From positions 94,302,001 to 94,366,000 of the forward strand of contig NC_042999.1 in NCBI RefSeq assembly GCF_006345805.1: a stretch of DNA of 64,000 nucleotides, read 5' to 3'. The notes beneath the pieces are model-generated. The model worked only from the letters and a program-made list of their open reading frames with translations. It did no database searches and was not told where the DNA came from. Made by a program: the position numbers and the translations under genes. Each line of letters starts with the position of its first letter. Positions within the stretch are counted from its first letter, which is position 1. Shown here one piece after another: positions 12,880-23,555 of the stretch. Origin of the DNA: Octopus sinensis (Eukaryota).

Positions 12880-13500
12880 ATTTTGTATTTTATTTTGTAA
12901 TTTTATTTGTATCGTTTTTACGCCCTGTTTGTGTCACATTTTGTTCTTTCCTTGTTTTTACCCCTCTGCGAAGTAATTCCCTTTAATTTCTTCGCAGGAA
13001 GGGCTACTTCGACGAGTCGTGTTCTGTCCTCACCTTCGAAACACACTGGAGTTGAACTAGGGACAGCTGATAAAGGGGATTTTTCTTTGTGTAGTTTGGC
13101 TAGTACTCTGTTTTTTCTTTGTAAAAAAAAAAGGTTCGTTCCATGCTTGTTTTTACGTTTTCGTTCTCGTTGAGTTCTGCGTCTATTTGTGGTGTCCTGT
13201 ACTCACGTATATATATTTTCATATGCATGTATATATATACATGTAAATGTAGGTACGTACATATATGTATGCATATATTTTATTTATTACACTATATATA
13301 TATATAGTTAATCCAAACAAGAAAACAAAAAAAAACAACAACGCAAGGACGTGGAACAAATAAAGTATTATTGGACGCTCAGGAAAGAAGGTAAGAAGGA
13401 GGTTTTGACGTTTCGAGCGGAGCTCTTCGTCGGAAACATATGAGAAGGCAAGATCCCGAGAAGGGAAGACAGGGAAAAAATCGCTAGTCATACAGACGGG
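12880..13500 (-). mobile_element. Probable PLE pseudo-LTR with hammerhead, followed by a basic N-terminal-like reading frame
   Basis: HHR motif at 13402-13437. The following sequence (TTCCTGAGCG..AATAC) resembles the elements at 17958 and 27600. Reading frame LQRKNRVLAKLHKEK.. at about 13130-12920. Confidence 0.5.
13402..13437 (-). ncRNA. Minimal hammerhead ribozyme motif (family B, U4C core variant)
   Basis: GUUU-CCGACGA-A-GAGC ucc GCUC-GAAA-CG-UC-AAAAC. Confidence 0.6.
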
Positions 13501-13538
13501 GTCACATACTAAAAGTATATATATATATATATATATAT

Positions 13539-13884
13539 ACTGCGTGGTACATTGGGCAAGTATCCTCTATTAATGCCTCGGTTCAAATAACGCCATGTGA
13601 GTGGATTTAGTAGATTGAAACTGAAAGAAGCCCATCGTATATATAGACATATATGCGCGTGTGTGTGTATCTGTGTATGTGTCTGTGTTTGGACCCCATT
13701 ACCGCTTGGCAACTGAGGTTAGTGTTTTTACGTCTCCGCAACTTTGCGGTTCGACAAAAGTGATCGATAGAATAAGTACCAGCCTTAATAGATAAATACT
13801 GGGTTCGATTGATTCGACTAAATATTCAAGGCGGTACGCAGCATGGCCGTATTCTTATGACTGAAATAAGTAAAAGTTAAAAGA
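13539..13884 (+). mobile_element. 5'-truncated copy of the abundant tRNA-derived SINE (CAGCATGGCC tail family)
   Basis: GGGCAAGT..GTGAGTGGATTT..CTGAAAGAAGCCC..GATAGAATAAGTACC..CAGCATGGCC..GACTGAAATAAGTAAAAG. Confidence 0.85.
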
Positions 13885-13907
13885 TAATATATCTATCTGT
13901 CTATATA

Positions 13908-13978
<71 letters not shown>

Positions 13979-13991
13979 CATACATACAAAC

Positions 13992-14033
<42 letters not shown>

Positions 14034-14044
14034 TATATAGAAGG

Positions 14045-14095
14045 AGCTTCTACAGGACTAGAACTGTTTCATTCAAGAGAAATCTTCAGGAAGCT
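14045..14095 (-). ncRNA. Type I hammerhead ribozyme (family A, copy 1)
   Basis: Reverse complement of 17752-17802; all three stems pair. Confidence 0.85.
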
Positions 14096-14514
14096 AGTTA
14101 ACAAGAATTGTATTGGCATTTATACATTTAGGCAGGTTTAACGGGGTGTTGGTGGGGGACTTTTTTGGGGGTCGGCATAGCGCAAAATATCATACTTGGG
14201 GGAGTGGTCAAGGAGTCAGTGTTTAATTAGATAGAAGAATAAAAAAAAAAAAAAAATAAAAATAAATATATAAAATAAAAAATAAAAAAACCTATATATA
14301 AAAAGAACCTATATATAAAAAAAGGGGGAATAGAGTTTTAGGTAAATAAGGAGATTCTCACTTATACCTATGCACACATGTATACATACATACACACACA
14401 TACAAACATATATACATATACATACACACATACATACACACACATATATATACATATATATACACTTACCCATACACATACATATACATATCTACACACA
14501 CACATATATGTATA

Positions 14515-15183
14515 CATACACACACTCACATGCATACACGTATACACACATGTATATATACACACACGACCTCACATACATATACGCACAGAAAAATATA
14601 TATACACATACACACACATACTCACATACACGCATACACACACATATCCACACACACACATGCACACACAGCACACTAGTCCCTATATACACATATATAC
14701 ACATACACACACATATACACACACATACATACATATACATACATGTATATATATATACATATATGTACCTATGCAAACCTACACATACACACATATATAT
14801 ACACATACAAATACAGACCCATTCCCTAATTTTAATTTTATTATCTTCGTTTATTACTTTTGTTATCTTAGGCCGCTTGGTCACAAACATCTTGGCTATG
14901 ACAGCCAGTCCATTTATCTGTCTACTGGAAAACAAGCACTCATTCACTCACGCACACTCTTTAGCACGTACTCTCACTCATTCGTACACTCATACACATA
15001 CACGCACGCACGCGTTATATTCATACATACATCCATCAACATACATTCACGTTTATACACATACGTACGCGTACCTACAGATTTATGTCTACACTCTTAG
15101 AAGGCTAGTCTATATATATACACCAATAAATATAAATACACACACATACATATACACCTACATACAAATACATACATGTATAT

Positions 15184-15215
<32 letters not shown>

Positions 15216-15905
15216 ATATATATATATATTCACATATATATATATACACATATATACACATACACATATATACACACACATACGCATACACACACATATA
15301 CATATATATACACTACATGCACATACACATGTACATGCGTACCCATACACACACACACACACGCGCGCATCCATATATACACATAAGTACACACATGCGT
15401 AAAAGTATACATATATCTATGCTTACACATACACACACACACGCGCGCCTCCTTATATTCATACTTACATGCATACTCAAAAAATAAGTAAATAGTAAAA
15501 TATATATACGCGCAGTAATTCGTACGGCGTACTCAAAAAATAAATAATAAATATTAAGTATATGTACGTGCAGTTACCTATTATATAGACGGATACATAC
15601 ATATAAACTTACACACATATATATATATATATAATATATATATATATACATATACATACATATATACACATACTCATACACATATACATACACATATATA
15701 TACACACACACACATACACATACATATATACATATATATACATACTTACACACATGTACATATAAATACACACATAGATAACTCTACGTACCTACATATG
15801 CATAAACACACGAGCGTACGCGCATATTTACATATACACATACACATACACACGCATATATATACATACATACATACACATACACACATGTATACACACA
15901 CACAC

Positions 15906-15937
<32 letters not shown>

Positions 15938-16239
15938 ATACATACATATACACATATATATATATACATATACATATATATATATATATACATATACACA
16001 CATATACACATATATACACACACACACACATACATACACACATACATACACATATACATACATATACGCACACGTATACACATATACATATACATATACA
16101 CATACACACACATATATATACATGTGTGCAAACATACATACATTCTCATACAAGCAGACACACATTTACATATATACACACACTTACACACATATATCCA
16201 TACACATATACATACATACATACATACGTATATGTATAC

Positions 16240-16292
<53 letters not shown>

Positions 16293-16377
16293 CATACATA
16301 CATATACACATACCCATACATATATATACACACATATACATATACACATGCACATACTTATATCTCTACATACTCGC

Positions 16378-16413
<36 letters not shown>

Positions 16414-16677
16414 ATATACACACACATACATATACCTATATACATGTATATATACACACATACACATATATACCCATCTACAATTTGTATCTACACTCAC
16501 ATACCTGCACATACACATAACTCTACATACCTACATATACATGGACATACTCGCGTACACTCATATATATACACATATATACATATACACACACACATAC
16601 ATATACATATACATATACATACATATACATAAACATACACATACATAATACACATATACACACACATACATATATGC

Positions 16678-16742
<65 letters not shown>

Positions 16743-17100
16743 CATACATACATACATACACATATACATACATGTACATATACACATACACCCACATATA
16801 TATACACACACATACATATATCAACAATTGAGGGTAAAGTTAATTAGTTATTAATCAATTTCACCAAGTATTCAGTATGTAAAAGGACCATTATTTTTAT
16901 GAGTAAACAATGTCTGAGGGAAAATATTCTCTAAGTAGTGGAAGAGGCTAAAAAACTTTTTTGGCTGCTATTTCTAGAAAGTTCAGTATTCGGCAAAGCA
17001 ATCCATTTCACTAAGCCCTAATTATATAATATTTTATACATACATACACATACATACACACATACATATACACATACATATGCATACACACATGATACAC
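14515..17100. repeat. Degenerate (CA)/(TA) compound microsatellite field with short unique islands
   Basis: Direct inspection; it generates the HT/YI/VC ORFs in the track. Confidence 0.95.
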
Positions 17101-17751
17101 ATATACAAGCGTGCACATACAATATGTGAGAGGTCTTAGGAGAAAAGGTAATCGGGGGTGCTAGGGGAACGGTGGGTTTGGGGGGGTTTTTGTGGGTGGG
17201 GTGTCATCAATCTGGTTGCCGGGTAGGCCTATAGTTCTTGTAGTTCGCATACTTCTTATGCATACAATTTGGGGAGTGTTCTGAGATTTTGTTAAGGAGA
17301 GGGCCTTTGGCGAACAAGATCTCTATACATATATGTGTGTGTGTAGATATGTATATGTATGTGTATGGGTAAGTGTATATATATGTATATATATATGTGT
17401 GTATGTATGTGTGTATGTATATGTATATATGTTTGTATGTGTGTGTATGTATGTATACATGTGTGCATAGGTATAAGTGAGAATCTCCTTATTTACCTAA
17501 AACTCTATTCCCCCTTTTTTTATATATAGGTTCTTTTTATATATAGGTTTTTTTATTTTTTATTTTATATATTTTTTTATTTTTTTATTTTTTTATTTTT
17601 TTATTTATTCTTCTATCTAATTTAACACTGACTCCTTGACCACTCCCCCAAGTATGATATTTTGCGCTATGCCGACCCCCCAAAAAGTCCCCCACCAACA
17701 CCCCGTTAAACCTGCCTAAATGTATAAATGCCAATACAATTCTTGTTAACT

Positions 17752-17802
17752 AGCTTCCTGAAGATTTCTCTTGAATGAAACAGTTCTAGTCCTGTAGAAG
17801 CT
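17752..17802 (+). ncRNA. Type I hammerhead ribozyme (family A, copy 2)
   Basis: AGCUUC-CUGAAGA-U UUC ucuu GAA U-GAA-ACAG uucuaguc CUGU-A-GAAGCU. Stem I 6 bp, stem III 4 bp, GUA triplet, predicted cut after 17796. Confidence 0.85.
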
Positions 17803-17885
17803 CCTTCTATATAATAAATTAACTTTACTCTGCTATGTATTGAGTACCTTATTTACTGTGGTTAACCCCGAATCAACCCGGGACC

Positions 17886-17936
<51 letters not shown>

Positions 17937-17957
17937 CATACATACAAACATATATAT

Positions 17958-18175
17958 ATATCGCCATGTTGATTCGCTAGCCTCTGCACGCATTTTTTTT
18001 CTCTCCTTGTTTCTTTCCATGTTTTTTTTCTGTGTATCTTTCTGTTGAAGAGCGTAGGCTCGAAACGTAAAAGACATGTTTTATTTATATTCCTGAGCGC
18101 CATACTAATACAATTGTTTGTTTGTATTCCACCTGCCTTCGTCTTTTGTTTATTCTCATAAAGCTTCCCGTTATA
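17958..18175 (+). mobile_element. Short non-coding HHR-bearing repeat (solo PLE pseudo-LTR-like) inserted in (TA)n
   Basis: Near-identical to 27600-27765; flanked by TA repeats. Confidence 0.7.
18037..18074 (+). ncRNA. Minimal hammerhead motif (family B, A6U core variant)
   Basis: UCUUU-CUGUUGA-A-GAGC guag GCUC-GAAA-CG-UA-AAAGA. 5-bp stem I and ACGU palindrome. Confidence 0.65.
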
Positions 18176-18276
18176 TGTATATATATATATATACATACGT
18201 ACATACAAACATATATATATATACATACATACATACATGCATACATACATACATACATACAACATATATATATATA

Positions 18277-18312
<36 letters not shown>

Positions 18313-18383
18313 TATGTATATATGTATATATATATGTATATATATATGTTATATATATATATTATATGTATATATATATAATG

Positions 18384-18416
<33 letters not shown>

Positions 18417-18498
18417 TATATATATATATATATATATAGTATATATATATGTATATATGTATATATGTATATATGTATATATATATATATATATATAG

Positions 18499-18539
<41 letters not shown>

Positions 18540-18543
18540 AGCT

Positions 18544-18592
18544 GCTTCCTGATGATTTCTCTTGAATGAAACAGTTCTAGTCCTGTAGAAGC
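18544..18592 (+). ncRNA. Type I hammerhead ribozyme (family A, copy 3, canonical CUGAUGA core)
   Basis: GCUUC-CUGAUGA-UUUCucuuGAAU-GAAACAGuucuagucCUGUA-GAAGC. Confidence 0.85.
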
Positions 18593-18676
18593 TCCTTCTA
18601 TATAATAAATATATATATATATATAATATATATATATATACGTGTATATATATACATACAAACATATATACCTAGA

Positions 18677-18711
<35 letters not shown>

Positions 18712-18794
18712 TAATATATATATATATATATAACAAAATAGATTTGTAAGGTACCGCAGACGCGTACAAACATACACACACAAAAGTATATATT

Positions 18795-19490
18795 TATGGT
18801 AGTAACTGGCTTACCTAAACTGGAGGTCGAAGGATGATACAAAGAAATCATTTAGAAAATTTCATTTTAATTTTTCATATTTCAATATTCTATTTGATTT
18901 TAACACAAAATTGTGAAATTTTGGGATGTCGTACTTAAATGAAGTACCGAGTTATATTACCCGTACTGGAAACCAAATCAAACATTTAAATATATAATCA
19001 TTCCCTCTAATCATCATCAATTAACCCTCGATATTATCATTACGGTTATCTGTATTACCAGCCCACAAGCAAACGAGAAGATCTTTAATGCACACGCCCA
19101 ATTTTGTAATCAAATCAAGGCCTGAAATTAAACAGCTTTCACGATCATATTTTCTACATCCTTGACACCAAACTCAAAACCAAATTAGCTCATTTCCCAT
19201 CTGACATTAATCTTGAAATTACAAATACGATTTCTTCCTTAAATTATAAAAGTATAAGATAACCTTTTTTTAAACCATACTAAACTTCATAACCTTCATT
19301 TTAGTAATTGTAATAAACGTAGGCACTCTATGCCTGAACGGTGTTCTTTAAGATTCTGAAATAAATTTTTCCTAAGCACAACAAATATTACCCCATATTT
19401 AACAAGCACTTTATGAAGTTATCTTTCTCTACCACGACGTTTTTGGGATCTATGATTGCATCCACAAATAGAAATAAATTCCAACTTTAA
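18795..19490 (+). mobile_element. Penelope-like element RT-thumb/linker relic (Naiad-like)
   Basis: MVVTGLPKLEVE; IVKFWDVVLK*STELYYPYWKPNQTFKYIIIPSNH; ANEKIFNAHAQFCNQ; INVG; FFKILK*IFPKHNKYYPIFNKHFMKLSFSTTTFLGSMIASTNRNK. Compare PLE FLDV..PYRKPN..SNHP and KHFP..HKIFNRNTVKxSYSC. Confidence 0.85.
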
Positions 19491-20149
19491 ATGACTAAAA
19501 GCTTAGATCACGATAAGATACCCAATATGAGTCCAAATTAAAATAATAAAACAAAAAATGTAAGTCTATCTAACTCTAAACGCTACCAATCCCAAATAAA
19601 CCTAGGCCAACCCGACACAGCCTTAATAAATCCGAGTAAAAGACTCATTTTTTCCTCGGAAGACCGAACCCCTAGAACAGCCGTAGAAAAATTTTCTTTT
19701 AACATGTAACTTAAAATTTTTTTTGATACCTATTATTTTCTCTTCATTATATTTTTACTTTTTTTTTTATTTATTATCTGTAATCCATTATTAAGTATGT
19801 TTGTATATTCATATATTTATATGTCCATATATTTTCTTAATATTCATATATTTTATATGTTTTGTGAACTATTGTTATCCTGTTTAATTCTATATACATA
19901 TGTGTTCAGTGTAGTTTGTCTGATTTGAACTTTCTCCATTCTATTTATTATACTTGTCTAGCGTCTCAGCTTCGAATTGAGCACGTAGCTAGTTTAAAAT
20001 TGGAAGTAAAGCTTGTGGACCTTTATGCTACATTTGTGTACACACCACACCTCAGTGGTCTACAAGCACCAACGTAGGAATCTCTGAGCGATTAATCTTT
20101 TTTTCCATCCAGGAAGAGAGATCTCTTTCACTGTGTGCCCATATTTTAA

Positions 20150-22020
20150 TTAACATATGGTACATGTAGCTCACTGTATTAATTTATATTGTTATAGAAG
20201 CTTATTTTGGTTGTGTTTTCTGTCATTCCGTGAATTTTTGTTGGTCACGTCTAACAATCAATGTACTAGCGATCTCATCTTAGAGACCTCTAGCTTTTGC
20301 TACTGAACACTTGTTTGTATTTCTTTTTGTCGTTGTACTATTATGTTTTGTCGTCTGATTTAGATTATATTTTTAAAGCAACTCCTCTTTTTTATTTCCT
20401 TTCTCATAAATTGTACTCCGAACTACATATTGAATAATAGCTTTTATTAAAAGCAGATTTTCTTTCACATTCTCTATTATTTGAAAATATTGTTCTCCAT
20501 TTCCCAGTATATTTTATAAATGCACTCAGTATTTTGCTTGTTTGCACACTGCTAAGTCACGTACAGTGTAGTTGAATATTATATTGACTATTACTAATAT
20601 AACTTATTAATGTATCAGCACGATATTCATGCTTACTATGTATGTAGTTATCAGTTTACTCTGGCTTATTTATAAGCTAACGCTTCTGTATTCATTAATC
20701 CTGAAATTTCTTTTATGGATATGTATTATATTTTGTCTATTTCACTAATTCCGAAATATTTATAGATTTTGTGCCTGTTTATTAGGCTTGATATTAAACT
20801 CCCTTTTATCATTTTACTGAATTGTATTTCATATCAGTCCATACAATGGGTGTGTAGAATTAATTTAACAAACTTTTTTTAAATATAATTTACACCATAG
20901 ATTCCATAGCATATAAATTGAAAAATTACATATATAAATTGTGTTTGATTATCCTCTCATAGGTTTTGCATCCGATTCCTGAGAGTGAGATTTGTTGGAC
21001 TACTTTTCTTCTTATAAGCATAGATTTTATGCCTCTGCATATATGTCTGATATTAATTCATGTCGTCTTTCACGTAATGCTTATTCTTCGTGCTATTTCA
21101 AATTTGACTGTAGTTTCCTTTTATCCAAATATGAAAAACAGTATGAAAAGTCTTCTGTTATTCAACTACTCCCCTTTTTAGCAGTTCTATGTCACTTACA
21201 GTTTTCAGTTTGGCTTTGATGAACAAAAATTGATCTTTGGAACACAGCATCAGTTCTGTTTTTCTCAAAGTGGGCTTTTCTATGGAGTTATTTATTCTCT
21301 GCGATACTATCATAAATAACTGAATCTAAGCTGCAACCAAATTATAAATCTGTGTTTTTTTTCCTTTCCTCTTTTTTTTTCAATTTACTTGTGTTTTTAG
21401 TATTGATGATTCCGATACTTTCCCAGTGAAATATACGTATGCTGTTCTAGATTCTGCGATATCGTCATTACCTATATTTGCCAGCATTTTTACTGTATCC
21501 ATCAAGCATTCTAATCCTATATAGCTGATTTTATCAATTACTTTTATATACCAGTTTCTTATGTTTGCCGTGTCAAATATTCTTTCTTTCCTTAACAGAT
21601 TTGACGACGATTGTTCAGGTGCTGTGTTCGATATTTGGAACACTCTCTGCCAAGGCGTTTCCATAACTTATTCAATTCTTCTTGATATTTTCCTCACTTG
21701 TTATGTGCAATGCCTTAATTTCTGTTTTATTTGCTTTATGATTTACCGAATACTTATGAATGAGAAGAAGTATCTATGACTTTTGGGAACGCCATCATGC
21801 TTTTGATACGATAGTTATTTGCGATTTGATGATAATCTTTTGCGTCAAGTTCTCTTTCTATTTCAGTATTTCTTCTGTGTAACTCTGTTGTTTGTACTTC
21901 TTTTGTTATTGTAACTCTTTACTTCTTTATTTCATGTATGTATTTTTGTGTTGGGTTTTAATAAAGTTCGTATGAATTTAACTTCATTCTTCAGTATTCT
22001 AGAGTGTGTCTCTATTTTTC
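20150..22020 (-). other. A-rich degraded coding-like tract, possibly an old LINE
   Basis: Strong strand asymmetry over ~1.9 kb and short ORFs (e.g. 21380-21664). No diagnostic motif recognised. Confidence 0.25.
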
Positions 22021-22044
22021 AGCTATAATATTTCGTGTAAGAAG

Positions 22045-22412
22045 CTAACATAATCGTAAGCACGTCGTACAATATGCTCAGTGGCATTTCTTCTGTCTTT
22101 ACGTTCTGAGTTCAGAATTTCGGGGTAGATAGAAAAAGTACTAGTTGAGCACAGGGATCAATGTAATCGACTGTTGTCGTTTTTGATACTCTATCTATTC
22201 TTTTTCTTTTTCGTCATTTCATGCAAACACCGTTTGACAACTGATGTTGGTGTCTTTATAAACCCATAAATCAGCGGTTCGGGAAAAGAGATGGATAACA
22301 TAAGTACCAGACTTTAAAAAGAATGAAAATACTGAGATCGATTCATTCGACTAAAGATACTTCATGGTGGTACTCCACATGACTGCAGTCTAATGACAGA
22401 AACAAGTAAAAA
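22045..22412 (+). mobile_element. Two adjacent SINE fragments (Meta-like ~22045-22190; CAGCATG-tail family ~22215-22412)
   Basis: TCTTTACGTTCTGAGTTCAG..GATCAATGTAATCGAC, then TTGACAACTGATGTTGGTG..GTACCAG..AATGACAGAAACAAGTAAAA. Confidence 0.75.
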
Positions 22413-22901
22413 TAAAATGAAAATGGTAGTTATTGCCCTCAGGCAGTTTATATGTTAAAACATCAGTTAAACCTGTTGCATCAGTGCTGCAAGATTTTAG
22501 ACATTCTAAGAAGTCTATTCGAATCAGGATTAATGAGCCAAGACGTTGTAAGATTTACTAAAATGATAGATTAAATATTCATTGCGTATTTCTCCTTCTA
22601 GGCAGTAAATGACGTATGTCTAGTTCTTCAAATGTAAAATATTCTCTTACAATTATCTGTAAAAATTGTGTTGCTAGAACATCCTTTGGGAACTCAAACC
22701 CTGCTTTGTTTATAGAGCGTATGTGTTTCTTTACAGAAGAAAGACACACTTCGGGAATAATATATGAATTCATGTTGAGAAAAAATTTAAAGAATGATCA
22801 TGTTCAATTCCGAAATGCAAGAGAGTGAAGAGTTACTTCTTGCGGATAAACACGAAAACGTTTATTACCCGTTAAGATAGATATTAATATTTACAATTAA
22901 G

Positions 22902-23555
22902 AAGGCAGCGAGCTGGTAGACACGTTAGTACGCTAGCCTAAATGCTTAGCGGTATTTCGTCTGTCTTTACGTTCTCAGTTCAAATTCCGCCGAGATCGAC
23001 TTTGCTTTTCATCCTTTTGGAGTAAATGAATTAAGCACCAATTGCGTACGGGGGTTGATGTAATCGGCTGGCCCTTTTCGGGGCTTGTGCCTAGATTAGA
23101 AAGGAATATTCACAATATAGTGAAGGTGACGAGATGGCAGAATCGTTAGCACACTGAGCAAAATGCTTAGCTGTATTTCGCCCGTCTTTACGTTCTCAGT
23201 TCAAACTCCGCCGAGGTCGACTTTACAATCCATCATTCCGGATCGATGAAATAAGTACCTGCTGAGCACTGGAGTCGATGTAATCGATTTAATCTTGAAA
23301 TTCTTGGCCCTGTATCAAAATTGGAAGCCAATATTTACGATTAATTTAAGGTGCCGCGCTGACAGAATGGTTAGTGCGCCGGGCAAAATGCTAAGCAGCA
23401 TTTCGCCCATTCTTACATTCTGAGTTCAGGAATTCAAATTGCGCCGATGTTGGCTTTGATCTACATTGTTTTCAGTTCAGTTTTGTGGTTGATGTAACAG
23501 ATTGCCTTCCCCACCATGAGACTGCGCGCCTTTTGCCAAAATTTTGAGACCAACA
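22902..23555 (+). mobile_element. Three head-to-tail SINE copies (Meta-domain-like family)
   Basis: Heads AAGGCAGCGAGCTGG (22902), AAGGTGACGAGATGG (23123) and AAGGTGCCGCGCTG (23348); each is followed by AAATGCT.AGC..TATTTCG..TTACGTTCT.AGTTCA. Confidence 0.9.

Larger units (their letters stand above)
14028..17819 (-). mobile_element. 5'-truncated Penelope-like element with inverted pseudo-LTRs
   Basis: Arms 14028-14514 and 17324-17819 are reverse complements, each with a hammerhead near the outer end. Just inside the right arm, the minus strand reads IEILFAKGPLLNKISEHSPNCMHKK (~17320-17250), like the PLE GIY-YIG C-terminus LLNKRSE..KCRH. Confidence 0.75.

Noticed and set aside
14370-16827. 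Long ORFs (up to 338 aa) rich in H/T/Y/I or V/C/M
   Set aside because: They are translations of (CA)/(TA)/(TG) microsatellites, open on both strands because they lack stops. The same applies to ORFs at 17885-18783, 39240-39801, 52782-53759 and 62144-62541.
14028-17819. MITE or foldback DNA transposon interpretation
   Set aside because: The arms contain hammerheads and abut a GIY-YIG C-terminus, and no fixed TSD is visible; an inverted PLE pLTR fits better.
21561-21779. Plus-strand ORF after a strong polypyrimidine/AG
   Set aside because: It lies on the T-rich antisense of an A-rich tract, where acceptor-like words are common. No good donor and no recognisable product.
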